A stretch of DNA of 64,000 nucleotides. Origin: an uncultured Armatimonadetes bacterium (GTDB taxonomy: Bacteria > Armatimonadota > UBA5829 > DTJY01). The translations under genes were made by a program, and so were the position numbers. The notes below the pieces were generated by a model. The model was not told the DNA's origin. It saw nothing but the letters and a program-made list of their open reading frames with translations, and did no database searches. Positions 18,269 to 26,914 of this stretch are shown one piece after another (within the stretch, counting starts at the first letter, position 1; every line of letters begins with the position of its first letter). The stretch lies in assembly GCA_963717145.1 (NCBI GenBank), contig OY970325.1, forward strand, positions 2,528,001 to 2,592,000. Reading direction: 5' to 3'.

Positions 18269-19735
18269 GTAACAGTTCACGCTTGGGGATAACGAGTTTG
18301 ATCAGGCAGGGAAGAGGACAGACTTGCCTGCGAGCAGTTGCCTGCATGATTCGAGCATGTCCAGACCCCTGACGTGCCATGTGCCAAACAGACTCATGAG
18401 CGTCATCTTTGTCTCGGAACCCTTCGCGCTTCGTGTGCCTCCGCATACCTTGCGGGCGATCACACACGGCCTCAGCGCTCGTTCTGCGCCATTGTTGTCC
18501 GACGGTACTTCCGGGTACTCTACGAACATGAACAACTCGTGCAAGCGATCTATGAATCTCTTTGCCAGCGTCTGCTGTGGAGCATCTGAGCCGACATACG
18601 GACCTGAGAGCGCCTCTACCTCTTCCTCGAAGAGTACTCGCTTCCACTTGCGAACCTCCGCCTTCTTGCTCCGGAACTCCTTTGCCCGATCGTAAACACC
18701 CTTCACCGCATCCGCCCATGCGATGACGCCCGTGTCGTCCGCGTTCCTCTCCTTCAGTTTGTGCAGATCCCTGGCCAGATGTGCCCAGCATATCTGGCGG
18801 TCTGCAACTACCGGGTTGTATCCGGCATAGCAATCCGTTACCACTACCCCTTCGTAGTCGCCGCCTATCGTTTCCTTCGGGATCTCTCCACTCCGACTCC
18901 GCCGGTAGATGAAGTATCGCACGTTCTTAGTGGAGAAGGTCCAGATGTATCCGTTCAGCCCATCCTCTCTCCAGCCCGTCTCGTCTGCGTTTATGTATGG
19001 GCTTCCACGTACAAGCGAGAGTAGCCGCTCTTTCTCTTTTTTGCCACAGTCTGCCACCGTGTGCAATATCTCGCTTATCTCTCCCACAGAGAGCTGAAGA
19101 CCATACAGAGCCTTCAGCAATCCCTGTATCGTCCGCTTTGTCATGCGACCTACCGTCGAAAGATACGATATCAGGCTCATCAGGTTCACGCCTACCCGAT
19201 GCTTGCCTACAACCTGGCCGGAAAGGTCAACCTTCGGCACATGACTCTTGCCACAGTATCCGCATCTTCTGGCGATGAACCTGTGCTCGACTACGTCCAC
19301 AGGCACGATGGGGATGTCGATGACTTGGCGGAGTCTCTTTACCGTGCCCCCTGTGAGCGCTCGGCCGCAGTCCGGACACTTCGAGTGCGCGTGCTCGACT
19401 ACACGGGTGGGTGTCTCCCGCCTGCGCACGAACGACTTCTTGCGCTTCTTTCGTTCAGCTGCCCGGCGCTCTTTGCGGTTCGGCTTCACCCAGTCAGGCA
19501 CGGATGGGGAACTGCCATCACCGCCGGAAAGCCTGGCGCGAAGGTCTTCGTTCTCCTTCTCCAGGTCGCCGATACGCGCCACGAGTTGGGGAACTAGACC
19601 TTCCAACTGGCTGACCCTGGCCTCAAGCTCCTCGTATGTCGGCTTGGATTGCTCGCTCACACTCCTTGGTTCGAGACGCTCCCAGCAGGTTCCTTCTTCT
19701 TACAGACAAAATAATCCCTAAGCCTGAACTGTTAC
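18269..19735 (-). mobile_element. IS66-family element (single ORF, ISBst12-type), copy 1, 1467 bp
   Basis: TIRs GTAACAGTTCA; 8-bp direct repeat CCCTGAAA at 18261-18268 and 19736-19743. Confidence 0.95.
18302..19660 (-). CDS. IS66 DDE transposase
   Basis: Coiled coil; CPDCG/CGYCG zinc finger; ADETGW, VVTDCY..Y, QICWAHL.R, DNN.AER.LR. Confidence 0.95.
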   Translation of the reverse strand: MSEQSKPTYEELEARVSQLEGLVPQLVARIGDLEKENEDLRARLSGGDGSSPSVPDWVKPNRKERRAAERKKRKKSFVRRRETPTRVVEHAHSKCPDCGRALTGGTVKRLRQVIDIPIVPVDVVEHRFIARRCGYCGKSHVPKVDLSGQVVGKHRVGVNLMSLISYLSTVGRMTKRTIQGLLKALYGLQLSVGEISEILHTVADCGKKEKERLLSLVRGSPYINADETGWREDGLNGYIWTFSTKNVRYFIYRRSRSGEIPKETIGGDYEGVVVTDCYAGYNPVVADRQICWAHLARDLHKLKERNADDTGVIAWADAVKGVYDRAKEFRSKKAEVRKWKRVLFEEEVEALSGPYVGSDAPQQTLAKRFIDRLHELFMFVEYPEVPSDNNGAERALRPCVIARKVCGGTRSAKGSETKMTLMSLFGTWHVRGLDMLESCRQLLAGKSVLFPA

Positions 19736-19743
19736 CCCTGAAA

Positions 19744-21210
19744 GTAACAGTTCACGCTTGGGGATAACGAGTTTGATCAGGCAGGGAAGAGGACAGACTT
19801 GCCTGCGAGCAGTTGCCTGCATGATTCGAGCATGTCCAGACCCCTGACGTGCCATGTGCCAAACAGACTCATGAGCGTCATCTTTGTCTCGGAACCCTTC
19901 GCGCTTCGTGTGCCTCCGCATACCTTGCGGGCGATCACACACGGCCTCAGCGCTCGTTCTGCGCCATTGTTGTCCGACGGTACTTCCGGGTACTCTACGA
20001 ACATGAACAACTCGTGCAAGCGATCTATGAATCTCTTTGCCAGCGTCTGCTGTGGAGCATCTGAGCCGACATACGGACCTGAGAGCGCCTCTACCTCTTC
20101 CTCGAAGAGTACTCGCTTCCACTTGCGAACCTCCGCCTTCTTGCTCCGGAACTCCTTTGCCCGATCGTAAACACCCTTCACCGCATCCGCCCATGCGATG
20201 ACGCCCGTGTCGTCCGCGTTCCTCTCCTTCAGTTTGTGCAGATCCCTGGCCAGATGTGCCCAGCATATCTGGCGGTCTGCAACTACCGGGTTGTATCCGG
20301 CATAGCAATCCGTTACCACTACCCCTTCGTAGTCGCCGCCTATCGTTTCCTTCGGGATCTCTCCACTCCGACTCCGCCGGTAGATGAAGTAGCGCACGTT
20401 CTTAGTGGAGAAGGTCCAGATGTATCCGTTCAGCCCATCCTCTCTCCAGCCCGTCTCGTCTGCGTTTATGTATGGGCTTCCACGTACAAGCGAGAGTAGC
20501 CGCTCTTTCTCTTTTTTGCCACAGTCTGCCACCGTGTGCAATATCTCGCTTATCTCTCCCACAGAGAGCTGAAGACCATACAGAGCCTTCAGCAATCCCT
20601 GTATCGTCCGCTTTGTCATGCGACCTACCGTCGAAAGATACGATATCAGGCTCATCAGGTTCACGCCTACCCGATGCTTGCCTACAACCTGGCCGGAAAG
20701 GTCAACCTTCGGCACATGACTCTTGCCACAGTATCCGCATCTTCTGGCGATGAACCTGTGCTCGACTACGTCCACAGGCACGATGGGGATGTCGATGACT
20801 TGGCGGAGTCTCTTTACCGTGCCCCCTGTGAGCGCTCGGCCGCAGTCCGGACACTTCGAGTGCGCGTGCTCGACTACACGGGTGGGTGTCTCCCGCCTGC
20901 GCACGAACGACTTCTTGCGCTTCTTTCGTTCAGCTGCCCGGCGCTCTTTGCGGTTCGGCTTCACCCAGTCAGGCACGGATGGGGAACTGCCATCACCGCC
21001 GGAAAGCCTGGCGCGAAGGTCTTCGTTCTCCTTCTCCAGGTCGCCGATACGCGCCACGAGTTGGGGAACTAGACCTTCCAACTGGCTGACCCTGGCCTCA
21101 AGCTCCTCGTATGTCGGCTTGGATTGCTCGCTCACACTCCTTGGTTCGAGACGCTCCCAGCAGGTTCCTTCTTCTTACAGACAAAATAATCCCTAAGCCT
21201 GAACTGTTAC
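19744..21210 (-). mobile_element. IS66-family element copy 2 (tandem with copy 1)
   Basis: Same TIRs; flanked by CCCTGAAA at 19736-19743 and 21211-21218. Confidence 0.95.
19777..21135 (-). CDS. IS66 DDE transposase
   Basis: Protein identical to copy 1. Confidence 0.95.
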   Translation of the reverse strand: MSEQSKPTYEELEARVSQLEGLVPQLVARIGDLEKENEDLRARLSGGDGSSPSVPDWVKPNRKERRAAERKKRKKSFVRRRETPTRVVEHAHSKCPDCGRALTGGTVKRLRQVIDIPIVPVDVVEHRFIARRCGYCGKSHVPKVDLSGQVVGKHRVGVNLMSLISYLSTVGRMTKRTIQGLLKALYGLQLSVGEISEILHTVADCGKKEKERLLSLVRGSPYINADETGWREDGLNGYIWTFSTKNVRYFIYRRSRSGEIPKETIGGDYEGVVVTDCYAGYNPVVADRQICWAHLARDLHKLKERNADDTGVIAWADAVKGVYDRAKEFRSKKAEVRKWKRVLFEEEVEALSGPYVGSDAPQQTLAKRFIDRLHELFMFVEYPEVPSDNNGAERALRPCVIARKVCGGTRSAKGSETKMTLMSLFGTWHVRGLDMLESCRQLLAGKSVLFPA

Positions 21211-21250
21211 CCCTGAAAAATACACCGGTTTGTCTGGGGAAGACCGGCAT

Positions 21251-21284
21251 AAGAAAGAAGCCCCCGCCACAGGCGGAGGCTTCT
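21251..21284 (-). terminator. Putative intrinsic terminator after the PEP-CTERM gene
   Basis: agaagcctccgcc-tgt-ggcgggggcttct hairpin then ttctt on the minus strand. Confidence 0.65.
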
Positions 21285-21309
21285 CAAGTGCATGCTTCGG
21301 ACGGTTGGT

Positions 21310-21969
21310 CTACCTTCTACGTCTGATCGCGAAGCCCATCAAGCCGAGGCCGCTCACAAGAGCAAGCAGGCTCGACGGCTCGGGAACTGCCGTGTAATCA
21401 TAGGTAACTCGAGCCGAAGAAGAAGCCAGCGTCGAGAACTGCAAGATCAAGTTCCCTGCGCCGCTCCCAGTCGAAGCGCCAGTTGCGACCGACGGCAGTT
21501 CGATAAGCCCTGTTCCGGTGAACAGCGCCTTATCGGCCGCGGACGATGTGGTCGCGAACTCTGACTTGTCCGCTGACAGGCCTGTGTAGGTCCGTCCGGA
21601 AGTACCACCAAAATCGATGTTGCCATCAAATGTGGTGGCATCGTCAGTAGTGTGGGCAACCGGAATCGTCACGACCAGGTCACTGAGATCCGGGCGCTGG
21701 AGCTTCAGAACAGCCGAGAGGTCCATGGTAACCGTAGTCGGCCCGGCGTCCAGGCTTTCGAACTTCGCTGTTCCTTCTGCGTGGCCGTCCAGATAGAACG
21801 TGATGCTGTTCAGAGTACCCAATGCCGGGTTGAACATCTGAAGGAACACCGATGACGACCAGTTCGTGCTGGAAAGTGGCTTGGCGTACGGACCATAGGA
21901 CACTGTAGTTGCTCCTGCGACGGTTGCCAGGAGCCCTACGAGTGCCAACACCAATACAACATTCCTCAT
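21310..21969 (-). CDS. PEP-CTERM surface protein (choice-of-anchor E-like)
   Basis: Signal peptide; TNW.....FNPALGTLNSI; C-terminal VPEPSS-TM-RRRR; RBS GGGAGG. Confidence 0.88.
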   Translation of the reverse strand: MRNVVLVLALVGLLATVAGATTVSYGPYAKPLSSTNWSSSVFLQMFNPALGTLNSITFYLDGHAEGTAKFESLDAGPTTVTMDLSAVLKLQRPDLSDLVVTIPVAHTTDDATTFDGNIDFGGTSGRTYTGLSADKSEFATTSSAADKALFTGTGLIELPSVATGASTGSGAGNLILQFSTLASSSARVTYDYTAVPEPSSLLALVSGLGLMGFAIRRRR

Positions 21970-22301
21970 AGAATTCATCCCTCCCTTCGAGACTTGTGCC
22001 TTGGCGACTGGCACAGTTCGTGATAATAGACCCTGCCTGTCCAAGATCGCCCGTAATACCTCGCGCCTGGACAGACAGGTGTGCAACGGTCCCGTCACCT
22101 CAAGCCTCACAACGGGCCTTTGGGTGACTCGATTCTGGCTAAGGCAGGATGCTAGGGCTGGTGTTTCCGAGTCAGAGCGATGTTCCGAGCGCCTGGGGAT
22201 TGCTCGCCTTTGACATCTCCCTGCCGATACCCACTCGCGGCAGGCGGGGCATATCGGAATGGTCATTCGCCGCAGTCGCCAAATGCCAATACTTCGCGCT
22301 C

Positions 22302-22329
22302 AGTATAACACAGGCAAACCAGTTGTCAA
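22302..22329 (-). promoter_or_regulatory. Putative sigma70 promoter giving a long (about 325 nt) leader to the PEP-CTERM gene
   Basis: TTGACA-N16-TATACT on the minus strand. Confidence 0.6.
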
Positions 22330-22377
22330 GCGTTTCGCGGAAAAACCGGTATTATTGCTGGGTTCCGGGAACGGCAA

Positions 22378-23016
22378 CTAAGGCTCCCAGCCGCCGAAGT
22401 TGCGGAGGATGCGGAGGCCGAGGGATCCGCTCTTTTCGGGGTGGAACTGGGAGGCGAAGATGTTGTCCTTCCAGACCGCGGTGCAGAACTCGATGCCGTG
22501 CCTCGCGGTCGCGGCGACGAGGTCCGGGTCCTCCGGGCAGACGTAGAACGAGTGGACGTGATACGTCATCCCGCCCACGGGAAAATCTTTGAGCGGCGGC
22601 GCGGGCTTGCGAACGATCAACTCGTTCCAGCCCATGTGCGGGACCTTCAGCGCGTCGGTCTCAGGCGTGCGATCCTCCGGCTGGAAGAATTGCACGACCT
22701 TGCCGGGAATCAGGTCGAGCCCCCGGTAGTGGCCGAGTTCGAAGCTCTCCGTGAAGAGAAGCTGCAGGCCGAGGCAGATGCCCATGAATGGCTTCCCGGC
22801 GGCGACGACGGTCTTCACGGCCTCGTCCATGCCGGTCGCGCGCAGGCTGTCCATCGCCGCTCCGAACGCGCCGACGCCCGGGAGCACGACGCGCTCCGCC
22901 CTCGCGACCTCTTCAGGGCTCTGGGTTACGATGGCATCGCAACCGACCGCGAGGAATGCCTTCTCCACGCTGCGCAGGTTTCCGACGCCGTAGTCGATGA
23001 TTGTGATCTTAGACAT
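22378..23016 (-). CDS. hisH: Imidazole glycerol phosphate synthase glutaminase subunit
   Basis: IIDYGVGNLRSV, LPGVGAF, GICLGLQ, VPHMGWN, QFHPEKS. Confidence 0.97.
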   Translation of the reverse strand: MSKITIIDYGVGNLRSVEKAFLAVGCDAIVTQSPEEVARAERVVLPGVGAFGAAMDSLRATGMDEAVKTVVAAGKPFMGICLGLQLLFTESFELGHYRGLDLIPGKVVQFFQPEDRTPETDALKVPHMGWNELIVRKPAPPLKDFPVGGMTYHVHSFYVCPEDPDLVAATARHGIEFCTAVWKDNIFASQFHPEKSGSLGLRILRNFGGWEP

Positions 23017-23030
23017 TGAACCTCAGTGAT

Positions 23031-23108
23031 CGTAGGGAACGGTCGCCGTCCCGTTCCGCTATGGCGGATGTCTGCGACAACGGAACGGGACGGCGGCCGT
23101 TCCCTACG
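23031..23108. repeat. GTAG-type REPIN (REP doublet)
   Basis: cgtagggaacggtcgccgtcccgttccg-spacer-cggaacgggacggcggccgttccctacg. Confidence 0.88.
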
Positions 23109-23141
23109 TGGTTTTCTCCGTGTCCTCCGTGCCTCCGTGGT

Positions 23142-23729
23142 TCAAAGCACGCCCTTAGTCGAAGGCACACCCTTCACGCGATCGGAGAGACGGGTCGCCA
23201 TCTCGAGGGCGCGGGCGAATGACTTGAATACCGCCTCCGCCGTGTGATGCGGATCTTCGCCGGCGAGCTTGCGGATGTGGAGCGTCATGTTCCCGTTCCG
23301 CGCGAGCGACTCGAAGAACTCCGAAAACAGGACGGTCTCCATCGCGCCGACCCGCTCCTGCTCGATATTGACGTCGTAGCAGATGATGCCTCGCCCGCTC
23401 AGGTCGATGGCGGTCAGCACAAGCGCCTCATCCATCGGCACGGCGGCCCACCCGTAGCGCACGAGGCCGGCCTTGTCGCCGAGCGCCTTGTCGATCGCCT
23501 TGCCCAGGAGGATGCCGATGTCCTCGACGGTGTGATGCGGGTCGATCTCGAGATCGCCCTTCGCCTCGATCTTGAGGTCGAAGAGCCCGTGACGGGCGAC
23601 CGCATCGAGCATGTGATCGAGGAAACCGATCCCGGTGCTGACCTGCGACTCGCCGCTTCCGTCGAGGTCGATGCTGATCTTGATCTTCGTCTCTTTGGTC
23701 TTGCGCTCTACTTCGGCTGTTCGGGGCAT
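23142..23729 (-). CDS. hisB: Imidazoleglycerol-phosphate dehydratase
   Basis: RKTKET, TGIGFLDHML, GDLEIDPHHTVED, PMDEAL, HH.AEA.FK, VPSTKG. Confidence 0.97.
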   Translation of the reverse strand: MPRTAEVERKTKETKIKISIDLDGSGESQVSTGIGFLDHMLDAVARHGLFDLKIEAKGDLEIDPHHTVEDIGILLGKAIDKALGDKAGLVRYGWAAVPMDEALVLTAIDLSGRGIICYDVNIEQERVGAMETVLFSEFFESLARNGNMTLHIRKLAGEDPHHTAEAVFKSFARALEMATRLSDRVKGVPSTKGVL

Positions 23730-23744
23730 ATCGTGCCTCCACTC

Positions 23745-23785
23745 AGTTCAGCGTTCGATGTTAGACGTTCGATGTTCGATGTTCG
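23745..23785. repeat. Heptamer tandem repeat (GTTCGAT)n
   Basis: agttcagcgttcgatgttagacgttcgatgttcgatgttcg; reverse-complement relative lies inside dxr. Confidence 0.8.
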
Positions 23786-23792
23786 ATTCCGG

Positions 23793-23870
23793 CGTAGGGA
23801 ACGTGGCGCTGTCCCGTTCCGTTGTCGCCGACATCCAGCATAGCGGAACGGGACGGCGACCGTTCCCTAC
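23793..23870. repeat. GTAG-type REPIN, inverted copy of 23031-23108
   Basis: Near-identical arms and reverse-complemented spacer; overlaps the hisD stop codon. Confidence 0.88.
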
Positions 23871-25147
23871 ATTCTTACCTTCACCGCATTCGCGTGCGCA
23901 TCGAGCCCCTCGGTCTCCGCGAGTTCGATCGTCGCGGCGGCGTCGGCAAACAGCGCCTCCTTCGAGTACATCACGACGCTCGACTTCTTCATGAAATCGT
24001 CCACATTGAGCGGCGACGAGAACCGCGCGGTGCCACTCGTCGGGAGCACGTGGCTCGGCCCGGCAATATAGTCGCCGATCGGCTCGGTCGTGTTGTCGCC
24101 CAAGAGGATCGCGCCCGCATGTTTCAGCCTCGGGAGCAGCACGAGCGGCTCCGCGACCGATACCTCCAGGTGCTCCGGGGCGACTCGATTGGCAATCTCG
24201 ACCGCCTCATCCATATCTGATACGATCACAATCGCACCGTTGTCGTCAAGGCTCTTCCGCGCGATCTCCTCACGAGAGAGCGACGCGATCTGCCTCTCGA
24301 TCTCGGCGTTCACGTCATCGGCAAGCTTCTGCGAAGGCGTCACGAGCAAGGAGCGCGCATCCGAATCGTGCTCCGCCTGACTCAGCATGTCGGCGGCGAC
24401 GTGGCGCGGATCTGCGGTATCATCCGCTAATACGAGCACCTCGCTCGGGCCGGCGAGCATCTCGATGCCGACCTGCCCGTAGACGAACCGCTTAGCCATC
24501 GTCACGTAGACGTTCCCCGGGCCGACGATCTTGTCCACTCGCGGGACAGTTGCGGTCCCGAACGCCAGAGCGGCGACTGCCTGAGCGCCCCCAATCCTGA
24601 ACACCCTGTCGACGCCTGCCTCGATCGCAGCGGCGGCAGTCGCCGGATGGATCGAGCCATCCTTCTGCGGCGGCGTGCAGACGAAGACCTGCTCGACACC
24701 CGCAACCTTCGCCGGGACAACCGTCATCAGCAGCGAACTCGGGAGCGGCGCGAGGAAACCGGGCACGAGCGCGCCGACGCGTTCGACGGGCCGGATGATC
24801 TGCCCGAGCATACGACCGGGCTGCTCCGTATCGAGCCAGGACTCTCGGATCTGCTTCTTGTGGAACCGCTCGATGTTCTGTTTCGACTTCCGAATCGCTG
24901 AGAGGAGCGACTTGGAGACCTGCGCATGTCCTTCCTCGAGCGCCTCGCGCGTCACCTCGAGTGAGTCCGCTTCCGGCCAGTCGAACTTGCGCGTGTATTC
25001 CAGAACTGCTTCATCGCCCCTGGCGCGCACGTCGGCCAGGATGCCCCGGACGGTCTTCTCGACCTTCGGGTTCTCCTGCAGCAGCGGCTTGTCCAGGATG
25101 GCGGCAAGCTCTTCGGGACTACATGTCTGCGTGTTCAGCGTTCGCAT
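23867..25147 (-). CDS. hisD: Histidinol dehydrogenase
   Basis: GGAQAVAALAFGT, KIVGPGN.YV, AGPSE, DMLSQAEH, APEHL, GDYIAGPSHVLPT. Confidence 0.97.
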   Translation of the reverse strand: MRTLNTQTCSPEELAAILDKPLLQENPKVEKTVRGILADVRARGDEAVLEYTRKFDWPEADSLEVTREALEEGHAQVSKSLLSAIRKSKQNIERFHKKQIRESWLDTEQPGRMLGQIIRPVERVGALVPGFLAPLPSSLLMTVVPAKVAGVEQVFVCTPPQKDGSIHPATAAAAIEAGVDRVFRIGGAQAVAALAFGTATVPRVDKIVGPGNVYVTMAKRFVYGQVGIEMLAGPSEVLVLADDTADPRHVAADMLSQAEHDSDARSLLVTPSQKLADDVNAEIERQIASLSREEIARKSLDDNGAIVIVSDMDEAVEIANRVAPEHLEVSVAEPLVLLPRLKHAGAILLGDNTTEPIGDYIAGPSHVLPTSGTARFSSPLNVDDFMKKSSVVMYSKEALFADAAATIELAETEGLDAHANAVKVRM

Positions 25148-25153
25148 GCGCCG

Positions 25154-25183
25154 ATTATACCAGAGGCCCGACGGGCTTAGCAA
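25154..25183 (-). promoter_or_regulatory. Putative hisD promoter (possibly leaderless mRNA)
   Basis: TTGCTA-N18-TATAAT with extended -10 TG; 6 nt between -10 and ATG; no SD. Confidence 0.6.
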
Positions 25184-25204
25184 TCATTTGTCCGGAAAAG
25201 ACGT

Positions 25205-26671
25205 GTAACAGTTCAGGCTTAGGGATTATTTTGTCTGTAAGAAGAAGGAACCTGCTGGGAGCGTCTCGAACCAAGGAGTGTGAGCGAGCAATCCAAGCCG
25301 ACATACGAGGAGCTTGAGGCCAGGGTCAGCCAGTTGGAAGGTCTAGTTCCCCAACTCGTGGCGCGTATCGGCGACCTGGAGAAGGAGAACGAAGACCTTC
25401 GCGCCAGGCTTTCCGGCGGTGATGGCAGTTCCCCATCCGTGCCTGACTGGGTGAAGCCGAACCGCAAAGAGCGCCGGGCAGCTGAACGAAAGAAGCGCAA
25501 GAAGTCGTTCGTGCGCAGGCGGGAGACACCCACCCGTGTAGTCGAGCACGCGCACTCGAAGTGTCCGGACTGCGGCCGAGCGCTCACAGGGGGCACGGTA
25601 AAGAGACTCCGCCAAGTCATCGACATCCCCATCGTGCCTGTGGACGTAGTCGAGCACAGGTTCATCGCCAGAAGATGCGGATACTGTGGCAAGAGTCATG
25701 TGCCGAAGGTTGACCTTTCCGGCCAGGTTGTAGGCAAGCATCGGGTAGGCGTGAACCTGATGAGCCTGATATCGTATCTTTCGACGGTAGGTCGCATGAC
25801 AAAGCGGACGATACAGGGATTGCTGAAGGCTCTGTATGGTCTTCAGCTCTCTGTGGGAGAGATAAGCGAGATATTGCACACGGTGGCAGACTGTGGCAAA
25901 AAAGAGAAAGAGCGGCTACTCTCGCTTGTACGTGGAAGCCCATACATAAACGCAGACGAGACGGGCTGGAGAGAGGATGGGCTGAACGGATACATCTGGA
26001 CCTTCTCCACTAAGAACGTGCGCTACTTCATCTACCGGCGGAGTCGGAGTGGAGAGATCCCGAAGGAAACGATAGGCGGCGACTACGAAGGGGTAGTGGT
26101 AACGGATTGCTATGCCGGATACAACCCGGTAGTTGCAGACCGCCAGATATGCTGGGCACATCTGGCCAGGGATCTGCACAAACTGAAGGAGAGGAACGCG
26201 GACGACACGGGCGTCATCGCATGGGCGGATGCGGTGAAGGGTGTTTACGATCGGGCAAAGGAGTTCCGGAGCAAGAAGGCGGAGGTTCGCAAGTGGAAGC
26301 GAGTACTCTTCGAGGAAGAGGTAGAGGCGCTCTCAGGTCCGTATGTCGGCTCAGATGCTCCACAGCAGACGCTGGCAAAGAGATTCATAGATCGCTTGCA
26401 CGAGTTGTTCATGTTCGTAGAGTACCCGGAAGTACCGTCGGACAACAATGGCGCAGAACGAGCGCTGAGGCCGTGTGTGATCGCCCGCAAGGTATGCGGA
26501 GGCACACGAAGCGCGAAGGGTTCCGAGACAAAGATGACGCTCATGAGTCTGTTTGGCACATGGCACGTCAGGGGTCTGGACATGCTCGAATCATGCAGGC
26601 AACTGCTCGCAGGCAAGTCTGTCCTCTTCCCTGCCTGATCAAACTCGTTATCCCCAAGCGTGAACTGTTAC
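25205..26671 (+). mobile_element. IS66-family element copy 3
   Basis: Same TIRs; 8-bp TSD AAAGACGT at 25197-25204 and 26672-26679. Confidence 0.95.
25280..26638 (+). CDS. IS66 DDE transposase
   Basis: Protein identical to copies 1 and 2. Confidence 0.95.
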   Translation: MSEQSKPTYEELEARVSQLEGLVPQLVARIGDLEKENEDLRARLSGGDGSSPSVPDWVKPNRKERRAAERKKRKKSFVRRRETPTRVVEHAHSKCPDCGRALTGGTVKRLRQVIDIPIVPVDVVEHRFIARRCGYCGKSHVPKVDLSGQVVGKHRVGVNLMSLISYLSTVGRMTKRTIQGLLKALYGLQLSVGEISEILHTVADCGKKEKERLLSLVRGSPYINADETGWREDGLNGYIWTFSTKNVRYFIYRRSRSGEIPKETIGGDYEGVVVTDCYAGYNPVVADRQICWAHLARDLHKLKERNADDTGVIAWADAVKGVYDRAKEFRSKKAEVRKWKRVLFEEEVEALSGPYVGSDAPQQTLAKRFIDRLHELFMFVEYPEVPSDNNGAERALRPCVIARKVCGGTRSAKGSETKMTLMSLFGTWHVRGLDMLESCRQLLAGKSVLFPA

Positions 26672-26678
26672 AAAGACG

Positions 26679-26708
26679 TTGATCTCTCAGGCGGACTTGT
26701 GATATACT
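26679..26708 (+). promoter_or_regulatory. Putative rpsB promoter
   Basis: TTGATC-N18-TATACT with extended -10 TG. Confidence 0.5.
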
Positions 26709-26786
26709 GCAACGTCCGGCTCATCTGAGACCGGATGATCACACACCTTCCCGGACTTCGGCGCTGGTGCTTGGCACGTTTTCGTT

Positions 26787-26847
26787 CGGGAGGGCGAGGC
26801 TCCGTCCGAGCCGCAATGCCTGGCTCGGACGGAGCCTCGCCCTCCCG
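26787..26847. repeat. REP-like hairpin in the rpsB leader
   Basis: 26-bp perfect inverted repeat cgggagggcgaggctccgtccgagcc; begins within cgttcgggaggg, also seen in the dinG element. Confidence 0.85.
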
Positions 26848-26914
26848 CGTGAGCGGAACCAAGTCGGGCCGCGGACTGATGGGAAGGGCGGTATAAACCA
26901 GAAGGGAGAATCAG

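Noticed and set aside
21985-22295. tmRNA, RNase P, SRP or 6S identity for the structured leader
   Set aside because: Diagnostic motifs (tRNA-like CCA end, GAGGAAAGUCC, SRP loop) were not seen by eye
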